A stretch of 24,000 nucleotides of DNA from Sneathiella glossodoripedis JCM 23214 (GCF_000616095.1 NZ_BAMS01000002.1:462452-486451), one strand, 5' to 3'. Counted from the first letter of the stretch, positions 1 through 8,748 are shown. Translations and numbers: made by a program. The notes: a model not told the origin generated them from the sequence alone.

Positions 1-16
1 ATAAAAAGGAAAAATA

Positions 17-916
17 ATGTCGACGATCAATCAGGGCGTTGCTGAACTGGGAACTATTAATCTGCATTATGCAGAAACAGGGGCTGACAACAAAGAACTG
101 ATTATTCTTCTGCACGGATTTCCCGAATTCTGGTTTACCTGGCGCAAACAGCTCCCTGTCTTAGGTGAAAAATATCACGCAGTTGCACCTGATATGCGAG
201 GCTATAACCTTTCCGATAGGCCTGAGGGTGTGGAGGCGTATCGCATTAATCAGCTGATTGACGACATAAAACGATTGGCAAAACATTTTGGGGCAGATCA
301 ATTCTATCTGGCATCTCACGATTGGGGAGCTGCGGTGGCCTGGTCGGTCGCACTAGCCCATCCTGAATTGATAAAAGGATTAATGATCCTGAATGGACCT
401 CATCCTTATATTTTTGCCAGATTGCTTGAAAATAATCCCAAACAAATAGCCCATAGTCAGTATATGGCTGATTTTCGTGAAGCAGGCATTGAGCAGAAAC
501 TTGCGGCGAATAATTTCAAATGGCTTTGGGACTGGACTTTTGCGGAGCATGAGCGTCGCGGACAGATTACTGCAGATGAGAAAGAAGAATATCTAAGAGC
601 GTGGGGGCAGCCGGGTGCAATAACTGCAATGCTCAATTATTACCGCGCATCACCATTGAAACCCCGCCCTGCAAAAGAAGGGGAGAAGTCACTTGAGTTA
701 ACTCCTGAGCATTTTCATGTGAATGTGCCGACAATGGTTCTTTGGGGGGAGCAGGATCACGCGTTGATCCCGGAAAATCTCGATGGTATTGGTGATTTTG
801 TACCTGACTTAAAGCTGATACGGTTGCCTGAGGTAACCCATTGGGTAACCCATGAAGCACCAGATCGTGTTAGTCAGGAAATTCTGGAATTTCTTACGGA
901 AATCAAGGCGCGTTGA
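17..916 (+). CDS. alpha/beta-fold hydrolase, epoxide hydrolase / haloalkane dehalogenase-like
   Basis: 299-aa ORF with an AAAGGA Shine-Dalgarno upstream of the ATG. It has the HGFPEFWFTWRKQ motif typical of epoxide-hydrolase-type alpha/beta hydrolases, an Asp nucleophile elbow (SHDWGAAVAW), a C-terminal catalytic His context (VTHWVTHEAPD) and an NYYR motif in the cap region. The substrate cannot be inferred. Confidence 0.85.
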   Translation: MSTINQGVAELGTINLHYAETGADNKELIILLHGFPEFWFTWRKQLPVLGEKYHAVAPDMRGYNLSDRPEGVEAYRINQLIDDIKRLAKHFGADQFYLASHDWGAAVAWSVALAHPELIKGLMILNGPHPYIFARLLENNPKQIAHSQYMADFREAGIEQKLAANNFKWLWDWTFAEHERRGQITADEKEEYLRAWGQPGAITAMLNYYRASPLKPRPAKEGEKSLELTPEHFHVNVPTMVLWGEQDHALIPENLDGIGDFVPDLKLIRLPEVTHWVTHEAPDRVSQEILEFLTEIKAR

Positions 917-932
917 TCCACAGTAAAATTGG

Positions 933-960
933 TTGACAGGGTATTACGGATCAGTATATT
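933..960 (+). promoter_or_regulatory. candidate sigma70-type promoter for rpsD (TTGACA-N16-TATATT)
   Basis: TTGACA at 933-938 and TATATT at 955-960 are separated by a 16-nt spacer, about 65 nt upstream of the rpsD ATG. The predicted leader contains an imperfect hairpin at 974-992 (GCAAGCC / GGCATGC, one A-A mismatch). This is a motif match only. Confidence 0.4.
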
Positions 961-1024
961 GCCCACTTCCTGTGCAAGCCTCGTCGGCATGCCTTAAATC
1001 TCTATATTAATAGGACTTAAGCTT

Positions 1025-1642
1025 ATGAGTAAACGTATTCAGGCTAAATATAAAATTGACCGCCGTATGGGTGAAAATATTTGGGGTCGCCCAAAAAGCC
1101 CTGTAAACACCCGCGAATATGGTCCAGGCCAGCACGGTCAGAGCCGCCGGGGTAAACTTTCTGATTTTGGTATCCACCTTCGCGCAAAACAGAAGCTGAA
1201 AGGCTACTACGGTAGCATTACAGAGAAAAGCTTCCGCCGTCTTTATGCAGAAGCTGTTCGTCTGCGCGGTGATACATCTGAAAACCTGATTGGCTTGCTT
1301 GAGCGCCGTTTGGACGCAGTCGTATATCGCATGAAATTTGTGCCAACTGTTTTTGCTGCTCGCCAGTTCGTCAACCACGGTCACGTTCTTGTAAATGGTA
1401 AAAAAGTGAATATTGCATCTTACCAGGTTAAAGTTGGTGATGTGATTGAAGTTCGCGAAAAATCAAAGCAGATGGCTTTGGTTCTTGAAGCAGCAGCGAG
1501 TGCTGAGCGTGAAGTTCCTGAATATTTGGAAGTTGACCATAAAAGCATGAAAGGAACGTTTAACAACATTCCAAAACTGGCTGATGTGCCATATCCCGTT
1601 GTTATGGAACCAAATCTGGTCGTCGAATTCTATTCACGCTAA
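1025..1642 (+). CDS. rpsD: 30S ribosomal protein S4
   Basis: The 205-aa ORF has a characteristic S4 N-terminus ([39 protein letters not shown]) and a C-terminal S4 RNA-binding domain ([49 protein letters not shown]). Confidence 0.97.
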   Translation: MSKRIQAKYKIDRRMGENIWGRPKSPVNTREYGPGQHGQSRRGKLSDFGIHLRAKQKLKGYYGSITEKSFRRLYAEAVRLRGDTSENLIGLLERRLDAVVYRMKFVPTVFAARQFVNHGHVLVNGKKVNIASYQVKVGDVIEVREKSKQMALVLEAAASAEREVPEYLEVDHKSMKGTFNNIPKLADVPYPVVMEPNLVVEFYSR

Positions 1643-1685
1643 TAAAAATATTGGGATCGTGGCAGAGCCACGCTGCCAGTCAAAG

Positions 1686-1715
1686 AAAAGCCCGCGATTA
1701 TTCGCGGGCTTTTTT
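1686..1715. terminator. bidirectional rho-independent terminator between convergent rpsD and the SBP gene
   Basis: A GCCCGCG (1690-1696) / CGCGGGC (1703-1709) stem with a 6-nt ATTATT loop is flanked by an A-run (1686-1689) and a T-run (1710-1715). It can therefore terminate transcripts from either strand. The stop codon of the minus-strand gene overlaps the T-run. Confidence 0.8.
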
Positions 1716-2457
1716 ATCTGTAATTATCGAGTATGCGCTCATATTCACCGCTATAAATTATCTCTCTCATCCCTTTGTTGAACTGCTCACGCGCGTCGAT
1801 AGCGTGAGGGGATAATCTTGAAAAGCACATATAGTAGGGTGATTTTCTCACCGGATGATATTGTATGTCTCTACCGCCAGGTAATCTGGATAGAATATAT
1901 TGAGACGTATTTCGAAACGAATAGAATGAATAAATCCTTCGCTCAATAAGCATTTCAAGGCCTGTTTCGGAACTTACCACTGGAACGACTTTCCTGTTCG
2001 CATCCAGTAATTCTTTATGCAGGTTGTATGATCGGACGACACCAATCGATTTCTTAAATAATAGGTTAGGGTCCTGCACCTGACCGTCAGTGGTCTTGGG
2101 ATTATAAAAATAACCCACTTCCTGCAACCCCAGTTGATCTGAAAACAGGATCCAGTCTTCTCTTTCGGGCTGATAGGAACAGGCGCATAAGGCATCTGAT
2201 TGACCATTCCTGACGCGTTCTGTGGCTCTTTTCCAAGGCATGTACCGAACATTCAGATCATAATCTGAATTCTCAAAAGCAGCGATTAGAAAATCGATAT
2301 CATGTCCCCGACGACCGTCGGGAGCGCCTTCAATTTTTGAAGGAGGAAAGTGGGAGCAGGCAATTTCAAGTTCTGTCTTTTCCTCAACCGCTAATGATGT
2401 CCCCCCAGACACACTCAGCACAACAGAAATAGACAAACCCAAGAAGAGGCTTTTCAC
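1714..2457 (-). CDS. periplasmic solute-binding protein, family 3 (amino-acid-type SBP fold), orphan
   Basis: The ORF track gives 1714..2535, but that start is a TTG followed by 26 residues with no signal-peptide character. The in-frame GTG at 2457 gives MKSLFLGLSISVVLSVSGGTSLA/VEE, a plausible Sec signal peptide. The mature part matches the orphan SBP_bac_3 pattern (FPP...G..G.DIDF...AF, MPWKRA...V.NGQSDAL). No permease or ATPase gene is adjacent. Confidence 0.7.
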   Translation of the reverse strand: MKSLFLGLSISVVLSVSGGTSLAVEEKTELEIACSHFPPSKIEGAPDGRRGHDIDFLIAAFENSDYDLNVRYMPWKRATERVRNGQSDALCACSYQPEREDWILFSDQLGLQEVGYFYNPKTTDGQVQDPNLLFKKSIGVVRSYNLHKELLDANRKVVPVVSSETGLEMLIERRIYSFYSFRNTSQYILSRLPGGRDIQYHPVRKSPYYMCFSRLSPHAIDAREQFNKGMREIIYSGEYERILDNYR

Positions 2458-2623
2458 GTCATTTATCTCACATGGCACTTTTGTTTTAATGACATTCTCG
2501 CAACTGGATATTAAATTTTTGTTATTAAAATCCAAAAACAGCTACCTGTTCAATCCTTTTAACTTGAGTTTCAGTAATCACCCCCATATTTAGAGGTAAC
2601 AAAACAGCGAAATTGAGGGGCAG

Positions 2624-3360
2624 ATGGCATTTCTTGAAATTTTTAGTGATCCGGCGGCAATCGTAGCGTTACTCACTTTGATCGTAATGGAAATTGTCCT
2701 TGGAATAGACAATTTGATTTTTGTCTCCATTCTCAGCAATAAACTTCCTGCGCATCAGCAAAATAAAGCACGGATGATTGGAATAGGGCTGGCGATGTTT
2801 TTACGTCTCGCCTTGTTGTCACTCATTGCCATCATTGTATCGTTGACAACTCCGCTCTTTGAATTGTTCGGTCAATCCTTTTCCTGGCGAGATGTTATTA
2901 TGCTTGCTGGTGGGCTTTTTCTGGTGTGGAAAGCTACCACCGAAATTCATCATCACATGGATGGAAAGGATGAAGAGGCTGACCTTGCAAAACAGGCGAC
3001 AGCAGGCTTTGCAACTGTAATTGCCCAAATACTTTTATTGGATGTTGTTTTTTCTGTGGACAGTATCATCACAGCGGTTGGAATGACTGACGAAGTGACC
3101 ATTATGGTCATTGCAGTTGTCGTCGCCGTAACAGTGATGTTGATCGCTGCCAATCCGCTATCAGAGTTTATTGGTCGGAACCCAACAGTAGTTATGTTGG
3201 CTCTTGGCTTTCTTTTAATGATTGGAATGGCGTTGATTGCTGAAGGTTTGGGTTTTCATGTACCAAAGGGTACATTTATGCTGCCATGGGTTTTTCGGCA
3301 GGTATCGAAGCACTCAATTTACTGGCAAAACGAGCCAGAAAGAAAAAATCCTCGGCTTAA
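2624..3360 (+). pseudogene. TerC-family integral membrane protein, C-terminal frameshift as assembled
   Basis: The N-terminal 215 residues are typical TerC/YjbE-like ([11 protein letters not shown], repeated hydrophobic helices, DSIITAVG). After ...GFHVPKG the track frame reads [30 protein letters not shown]. The frame shifted by one base reads [29 protein letters not shown], stopping at 3358-3360, which is the conserved TerC C-terminus. One base appears to be missing in the AAAGGG run near 3265-3271. Confidence 0.8.
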
Positions 3361-3367
3361 ATGACTG

Positions 3368-4014
3368 TTATGTATCCACCGCCGGATTGGTCAGGCTACC
3401 GCTACCTTCGGTAGCCTCACTGATTTTCGCAATTGAGCCATGAACTTTCACTTTTTTCTGCGCAATCAGCTTTAGTGCAAGAGGATAAATTCGATGCTCT
3501 TCAACTAAAATGCGCTGTGCAAGTATCTCGGGTGTGTCATCTTGCAGGATTGGAACAACAGCTTGGGCAATAATAGGGCCATCATCCATCTCAGGTCTTA
3601 CAAAATGCACAGTACATCCTGTAAATTTGGTGCCTGACTCAATGGCTCTCTCATGGACGTGAAGTCCTTTAAATGCAGGCAGAAGGGATGGATGGATGTT
3701 GATAATACGATCGCGCCAGCATTAACAAATTCTGCTGACAGAAGGCGCATGAAGCCAGCTAGGCAAATCAGGTCGATTTTCTCTGAGGCAAGGTAGTCCG
3801 ACAGAGCTGCATCAAATTCTTCACGCTCTTCGAACTCCCGATGATCAATGACCTTTGTCGGAATGTTATTCGCCTTGGCAAAATCAAGTCCAGCGGCGTC
3901 TGGATTATTGGAAAGGACACAGGCAATTTCAGCAGGGAAGCCCTCTGTTTTGCAGGCATTTACCAACGCCTGCATGTTGGAGCCGCGAGAGGAAATCAAA
4001 ACTGCAACTCTCAC
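3368..4014 (-). pseudogene. purN: phosphoribosylglycinamide formyltransferase, split by a 1-nt frameshift as assembled
   Basis: Track ORFs 3598..4014 and 3368..3610 are the N- and C-terminal parts. The N-terminal part is normal up to LAGFMRLLSAEFVN and then degenerates. The other frame, read from about 3718, gives WRDRIINIHPSLLPAFKGLHVHERAIESGTKFTGCTVHFVRPEMDDGPIIAQ, which contains the PurN NIHPSLLP active-site motif. The span is 647 nt (2 mod 3), so one added base restores a 215-aa protein. Its start overlaps the purM stop by 4 nt. Confidence 0.9.
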
Positions 4015-5093
4015 TTTAGAAATTCCTCTTCGAGAGATTTAATCACGACTTGTTCTTGCGCGCCTGAGCGTTTGACCAATCTGCCAACTTCGTAAACCGT
4101 TTCTCCGTCTGCTTGCAGTTGCTCAATAAGGTCTGCTTTGTGACTTGGGGCTACAGCCACAATCATTCCAAGCCCACAATTAAACGTTGTTGCGAGCTCT
4201 CTGGCGTTGATGTTCCCAATTTCAGCCATCCATTTAAAAATACCGGGAAGGCTCCAGCTATTCGCATCAATTTCCGCACTTAGATGATCAGGGAGTATGC
4301 GCGGGATGTTTTCATATAATCCCCCACCGGTAATATGCGAAAGGGCTTTAATATGTCCGTTTCGAATTCCTTTGAGGCAACTTTTAACGTAAATGCGGGT
4401 CGGGGCGAGCAAAGCATCTCCGAGGATTATCGATGCATCAAAAGGAGCCGCTTTTTCCAAGTCCAAATTAAAATCTTCAATGAGTTTGCGCACCAAAGAG
4501 TATCCATTTGAATGAATACCACTGGAAGCAAGGCCCAATAAGATATCACCGTCGCTAAGTGTATCAGCTCTCAAGAGCTGGTCTCTTTCAACAGCCCCAA
4601 CGGTGAAACCGGCCAAATCATAATCACCTGCTGCATACATGCCCGGCATTTCTGCAGTTTCACCGCCTACAAGGGCGCAGCCAGCCTGCTTGCATCCGTT
4701 TGCAATTCCCTCAATTACGTCTTTGGCTGCCGCAACATCCAGTCCTCCGGTTGCGAAATAATCCAGGAAGAAGAGGGGCTCAGCACCTTGTACAACCAGA
4801 TCATTGACGCACATGGCAACCAGATCAATGCCAACGGTGTCATGTTTGTTCAAATCAATTGCGAGTTTCAGCTTGGTTCCCACGCCATCTGTGGCCGATA
4901 CCAGCAGGGGGTCATTGAAACCTGCAGATTTTAGATCAAACAATGCACCAAAACCACCCAGATCAGCGTTTGCACCAGAGCGTTTTGTCATTGCCGCAAG
5001 GGGTTTAATTGCATCGACAAGTGAATTACCTGCCTCAATATCGACACCTGCGTCTTTATAACTGTAACTTTTTTTGGAGGTTTCACTTGTCAT
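4011..5093 (-). CDS. purM: phosphoribosylformylglycinamidine cyclo-ligase (AIR synthetase)
   Basis: The sequence [12 protein letters not shown]...[12 protein letters not shown]...[11 protein letters not shown] is diagnostic of PurM. The track start at 5111 is a TTG. I prefer the ATG at 5093 ([18 protein letters not shown]), though the start is not certain. The stop overlaps the purN start, as in a purMN operon. Confidence 0.95.
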   Translation of the reverse strand: MTSETSKKSYSYKDAGVDIEAGNSLVDAIKPLAAMTKRSGANADLGGFGALFDLKSAGFNDPLLVSATDGVGTKLKLAIDLNKHDTVGIDLVAMCVNDLVVQGAEPLFFLDYFATGGLDVAAAKDVIEGIANGCKQAGCALVGGETAEMPGMYAAGDYDLAGFTVGAVERDQLLRADTLSDGDILLGLASSGIHSNGYSLVRKLIEDFNLDLEKAAPFDASIILGDALLAPTRIYVKSCLKGIRNGHIKALSHITGGGLYENIPRILPDHLSAEIDANSWSLPGIFKWMAEIGNINARELATTFNCGLGMIVAVAPSHKADLIEQLQADGETVYEVGRLVKRSGAQEQVVIKSLEEEFLK

Positions 5094-5159
5094 AAGATAT
5101 GCTCTATCCAATGTCCCGATTCAATTGGGCTCACCATACTTTTTTTCCAGTGGTTTGCA

Positions 5160-6305
5160 ATGACGGAAACAAAACAAAATTCAAACTTGTCCATGATAGC
5201 ACGAATTATCCTGCTTGCCTTTGCCCTAATTAGCGCACCGCTTACTCTGGCTGCGGCAGGGGAATTATTTTCAGCTCGTGGTATTTCTGTCGACAGGACA
5301 GCGAATACTGCGAGCGAGGCGCGTGAGCTTGCAATTGTCGAGGCGCAACGACGCGCGTTTTATGCATTACTGCGAAAACTCACTCCCCAAACATATCATC
5401 CTGAATTGCCTCAGCTGGATGATGAAGCAATTGCGCCAATGGTTGTGGGTGTGCAGGTAAAAAACGAAAAAACGTCACCCACCCGTTACCTTGCCGATTT
5501 TACCGTGGATTTTAAGAAGGAAATGGTGCTTCCGATTTTGGCAGCGCGGGATATTCCCTATTCAGAAAGCGTCAGCAAACCAATTTTGGTCTTACCTGTT
5601 TTCGAAAACAAAGGGGTCAAGAATCTGTGGGATGAGCCCAATCCATGGCGTGATGCCTGGATTGAAATATTTGACGCAAAGCAGGGACCTGAAGGGAGCG
5701 AGAAACGCCGGGACGATTGGGCCCAAGCACCAGTGCTTCCCGTGATAGTTCCTGCAGGTACACTTGAAGATATTAAAATGATTTCGGTTGATGATGCGAT
5801 TTATTTGCGTGAGGAAGCCATAGACGAAATCGCAAAAACCTATAATGCGGGGAGTGTTTTGGTGACCTATGCTAGCCTGCAAACACAAAATGGTATTCGC
5901 AGGCTTGATATTTCATACCAACGCAATGACGCCTTTTCCACGGCAATAGTTGAAACCTTTACCGGTGGCGATACAGATCGCGAGATTTTTCGCGCAGCTA
6001 TATTTGATCTGTTTACCAATCTGCAGGAAAGCTGGAAGGATCAGAATATACTGAACCGGGATATTCAGAATAAGCTTGCAGTATCCACATCAATTTCGGG
6101 CCTTCGTGACTGGATTGAAATCAAAAAGAAAGCGGAATCAATACCCGCAATTCAAAAGCTTGATGTCAAAGAATTATCCGTCGACAAAGTGTTTTGGGAA
6201 ATATCTTTCCTGGGTAATCTCTCTCAATTGAGAACAGCGCTCGGTCAACGTAATCTGATTCTGGAAGATGATCAGGGTTACTGGACTTTAAATCAGGTTA
6301 ATTAG
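5160..6305 (+). CDS. exported protein of unknown function, DUF2066-like
   Basis: The 381-aa ORF has an N-terminal signal peptide (IARIILLAFALISAPLTLAAAG). It is divergent from purM, a position I recall being occupied by DUF2066 proteins in other proteobacteria. The family assignment rests on loose N-terminal pattern similarity plus synteny, not on a search. Confidence 0.6.
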   Translation: MTETKQNSNLSMIARIILLAFALISAPLTLAAAGELFSARGISVDRTANTASEARELAIVEAQRRAFYALLRKLTPQTYHPELPQLDDEAIAPMVVGVQVKNEKTSPTRYLADFTVDFKKEMVLPILAARDIPYSESVSKPILVLPVFENKGVKNLWDEPNPWRDAWIEIFDAKQGPEGSEKRRDDWAQAPVLPVIVPAGTLEDIKMISVDDAIYLREEAIDEIAKTYNAGSVLVTYASLQTQNGIRRLDISYQRNDAFSTAIVETFTGGDTDREIFRAAIFDLFTNLQESWKDQNILNRDIQNKLAVSTSISGLRDWIEIKKKAESIPAIQKLDVKELSVDKVFWEISFLGNLSQLRTALGQRNLILEDDQGYWTLNQVN

Positions 6306-6352
6306 TTCATATCTCATAATAATTCGAAATCTGCTAATCCCGGTTACTGACA

Positions 6353-6886
6353 GTGAACATCCCTAACTCCATAACCATGGCCCGCATATTTTGCGTGCCC
6401 CTGATTGTATGGCTGATATTATCAGACCAGATGCTGGGTGCTTTTGTCGTTTTTGTTCTGGGCGGAGTTTCAGATGCACTCGATGGTCTGATCGCCAAAC
6501 AATTCAATTCAATCACCCGACTTGGAAAGTATCTTGATCCAGTAGCAGACAAGATATTGCTGGTTTCAATCTATATAACCCTTGGGATGAAAGAGGATCT
6601 GCCAAGCTGGCTTGTGATCCTTGTGGTGAGCAGGGATATCATGATTATTGGTGGGATCGTTTTTTCCTATCTAATGGGTGTAAAGGTCCGAATTCATCCG
6701 GTTTTGATCAGTAAGGCCAACACTTTTTTTCAGATACTGCTGGCAGCACTCATTTTGGGTAACGAGGCGTTTGATCTGGCCTTGGGAATTGTTATTGTCA
6801 TCAATGTGTATATTGTGGCAATCACTACCGTTCTGTCCGGTTATCAGTATGTTACCACCTGGATCTCGCAAAACAGCGATGGCTAA
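6353..6886 (+). CDS. CDP-alcohol phosphatidyltransferase family protein (PgsA-like)
   Basis: The 177-aa polytopic membrane ORF has a GTG start. It carries the CDP-alcohol phosphotransferase motif D-x2-DG-x2-A-(K)-x8-G-x3-D-x3-D as DALDGLIAKQFNSITRLGKYLDPVADK. The N-terminus NIPNSITMARIF resembles PgsA. The head-group substrate cannot be assigned. Confidence 0.85.
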   Translation: MNIPNSITMARIFCVPLIVWLILSDQMLGAFVVFVLGGVSDALDGLIAKQFNSITRLGKYLDPVADKILLVSIYITLGMKEDLPSWLVILVVSRDIMIIGGIVFSYLMGVKVRIHPVLISKANTFFQILLAALILGNEAFDLALGIVIVINVYIVAITTVLSGYQYVTTWISQNSDG

Positions 6887-6916
6887 CCACAAGAGGAATG
6901 CCATAAGGAAAGTGTA

Positions 6917-8005
6917 ATGACAATTAAACAGCATATCCGTTTCTGGGCGATTGCCATTATCGTTTTTGTCGCAGCATTGATTTTGCTGCGCTCAATACTT
7001 CTGCCTTTCGTACTGGGTATGGCCGTTGCCTATTTTCTGGACCCTGTTGCTGACAAGCTGGAAGAAAAGGGGCTAGGCAGAACAACAGCAACTTCATTGA
7101 TTGTGGGTATATTTTTACTCGTGACCATTTTGGGAGCGGTTCTTCTGGTTCCCGCCTTGGCTGAACAGTTGATCGGTTTAATCAAGAGGATGCCAGGCTA
7201 TCTTCAGGCTACCTTCAATTTTATCGGTCCCATTGTCTCCGACCTTTTTGATTTAAAACATCAGGATGGTGAGGGGAATATAAAGACCTTTCTCAATGAG
7301 CATGCCAGCAGTGCACTGAAAAATATCGCCTCAATCACCACCAAAATCTTTGATCAGGGATTGGCTTTCTTCAATCTTATAAGTTTGCTTGTGATTACAC
7401 CTGTTGTTGCATTCTATTTACTTCGCGACTGGGATTTGATTGTGGAGAGGATTGATGGCTGGCTGCCACGCAAGCAACAAAAAACCATTCGCGAGCTGGC
7501 CAAACAAATTGATGATGTATTGGCTGGGTTTGTCCGTGGTCAATCAACGGTTTGTTTCATACTTGCTATTTATTACGGGGTTGCACTTTTATTTGCTGGG
7601 TTGGAATTTGGTCTGGTGATTGGAATTCTGACCGGCCTGATCTCCTTCATTCCATTTGTTGGCGCTATTGTGGGCGCAATTGCTTCGATAGGCGTGGCCA
7701 TCTTCCAGTTTTGGCCTGACTTTTTCCAAATTGGGATCGTGGCAGGCATTTTTGTTGTCGGTCAGGTGCTCGAAGGATACGTCCTGACACCGAAACTGGT
7801 TGGAGGAAAAGTAGGGCTGCACCCGGTATGGGTTATGTTTGGGCTTCTCGCTGGCGGCACTCTGTTTGGATTTGTTGGTGTGTTGGTGGCTGTTCCTGTG
7901 GCCGCTGTTGTCGGTGTTCTCAGTCGTTTCGCCCTCACGCAATATATGAACAGTCCGATTTATGGCGATGCCAATAAAATCGATCCGGATAAAGGTGCTT
8001 CATGA
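6917..8005 (+). CDS. AI-2E family transporter (PerM/YhhT, UPF0118)
   Basis: The 362-aa polytopic membrane ORF has a good SD (AAGGAAAG). The C-terminal half shows the family pattern (GL.SFIPFVGAIVG....QVLEGYVLTPKLVG..VGLHP). Its stop overlaps the hdaA start in an ATGA. Confidence 0.88.
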   Translation: MTIKQHIRFWAIAIIVFVAALILLRSILLPFVLGMAVAYFLDPVADKLEEKGLGRTTATSLIVGIFLLVTILGAVLLVPALAEQLIGLIKRMPGYLQATFNFIGPIVSDLFDLKHQDGEGNIKTFLNEHASSALKNIASITTKIFDQGLAFFNLISLLVITPVVAFYLLRDWDLIVERIDGWLPRKQQKTIRELAKQIDDVLAGFVRGQSTVCFILAIYYGVALLFAGLEFGLVIGILTGLISFIPFVGAIVGAIASIGVAIFQFWPDFFQIGIVAGIFVVGQVLEGYVLTPKLVGGKVGLHPVWVMFGLLAGGTLFGFVGVLVAVPVAAVVGVLSRFALTQYMNSPIYGDANKIDPDKGAS

Positions 8006-8688
8006 AGCAGATTCCCTTGGATTTTGCTTTTCGCTCCGCAGTTGGACGCGAAGATTTTCTGGTGACCTCCCAAAATGAAGAGGCGGTTGCCTGGATTGAC
8101 AACTGGCCCAATTGGCCAAACCCTCTGTTGCTGATAATAGGCCCATCTGGATCGGGAAAATCTCATTTAGCGCATATATGGGCGCAAAAAAGTAACGCTG
8201 TCACATTGAAATCAGAAGACCTTTGTGATCTGGATATTAACGCTCTGACAGAAGTTGCACGGCATAATCTGATACTTGAAGATATCGGTGCAGGTATTGC
8301 TGAGAAACCCTTGTTTCATCTCTATAATCTGGTAAAGGAAAATGGCAGTTCCATGCTCATGACCAGTCGCAATTCTGTGCGGTCATGGGATATCCAGTTG
8401 CCTGATCTCAAATCGCGTCTGGGTGCTATTCAGATTGCCAATATTAAACAGCCCGATGACTCATTATTTGCTGCCATTTTGTTAAAACTGTTTACTGATC
8501 GTCAAATTGCGGTTGCACCGGATGTTATTCAATTTCTTGTAATGCGTCTTGAGCGGTCTTTTAGCAGTGCCCTTAATGCTGTTAGACTGATTGATAGCTT
8601 GTCGCTTTCTGAAAAGAAGAAAATTACAATTCCGCTGGTTAAAAGAATTCTTGAAGCAGAGGACAATTCGGCTCAAACTGAAATCTGA
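8002..8688 (+). CDS. hdaA: DnaA regulatory inactivator HdaA (Hda family AAA+ protein)
   Basis: This 228-aa protein has an N-terminal beta-clamp-binding-like motif QIPLDF at residues 3-8 and a Walker A GPSGSGKSHLAHIW. Its size and short architecture are typical of Hda/HdaA rather than full-length DnaA. It has a 4-nt overlap with the upstream permease gene. Confidence 0.85.
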   Translation: MKQIPLDFAFRSAVGREDFLVTSQNEEAVAWIDNWPNWPNPLLLIIGPSGSGKSHLAHIWAQKSNAVTLKSEDLCDLDINALTEVARHNLILEDIGAGIAEKPLFHLYNLVKENGSSMLMTSRNSVRSWDIQLPDLKSRLGAIQIANIKQPDDSLFAAILLKLFTDRQIAVAPDVIQFLVMRLERSFSSALNAVRLIDSLSLSEKKKITIPLVKRILEAEDNSAQTEI

Positions 8689-8748
8689 TTTGATCCAGAC
8701 TAGCTACAGATAAAGTAATATTGCTGGAAACAACAATGAGGGAAGGTT

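Noticed and set aside
994-1010. CtrA-box-like TTAA-N9-TTAA in the rpsD leader
   Set aside because: The CtrA consensus spacing is N7 and this site has N9. The sequence is simply AT-rich near the ribosome-binding site.
1007-1384. 125-aa ORF antisense to rpsD, and similar long antisense ORFs (e.g. 7589..7942, 9888..10307, 14429..14764, 15261..15647, 22501..22908)
   Set aside because: All lie entirely within, and opposite to, genes with unambiguous family signatures. Their translations are low-complexity with no recognisable motifs. They are shadow ORFs.
1584-1781. 65-aa plus-strand ORF spanning the rpsD 3' end and the terminator
   Set aside because: It overlaps rpsD out of frame and reads straight through the terminator hairpin into the opposite-strand gene. 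It has no ribosome-binding site and no coding signature.
2458-2535. TTG-initiated 26-residue extension of the solute-binding protein
   Set aside because: The extension has no signal-peptide character, whereas the GTG at 2457 starts directly with a canonical signal peptide. It is kept only as an alternative start.
2536-2623. yybP-ykoY (Mn2+) riboswitch upstream of the TerC-family gene
   Set aside because: TerC genes are often controlled by this riboswitch. However, the upstream region is short and I could not find the conserved paired GGGGAGUAG-type core or a four-helix arrangement.
3358-3370. Convergent TerC and purN stop codons only about 7 nt apart with no terminator hairpin
   Set aside because: This is real but unremarkable. 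Tightly convergent gene ends without intrinsic terminators are common, and nothing suggests function beyond possible transcriptional interference.
3372-3380. DnaA-box-like GTATCCACC (7/9 match to TTATCCACA)
   Set aside because: It is a single imperfect match inside the purN 3' coding end with no clustering, which is expected by chance.
5094-5111. TTG-initiated 6-residue extension of purM (MDRAYL)
   Set aside because: The ATG at 5093 gives an N-terminus of typical PurM length ahead of YKDAGVD. The TTG has no better ribosome-binding site. This is a low-stakes ambiguity.
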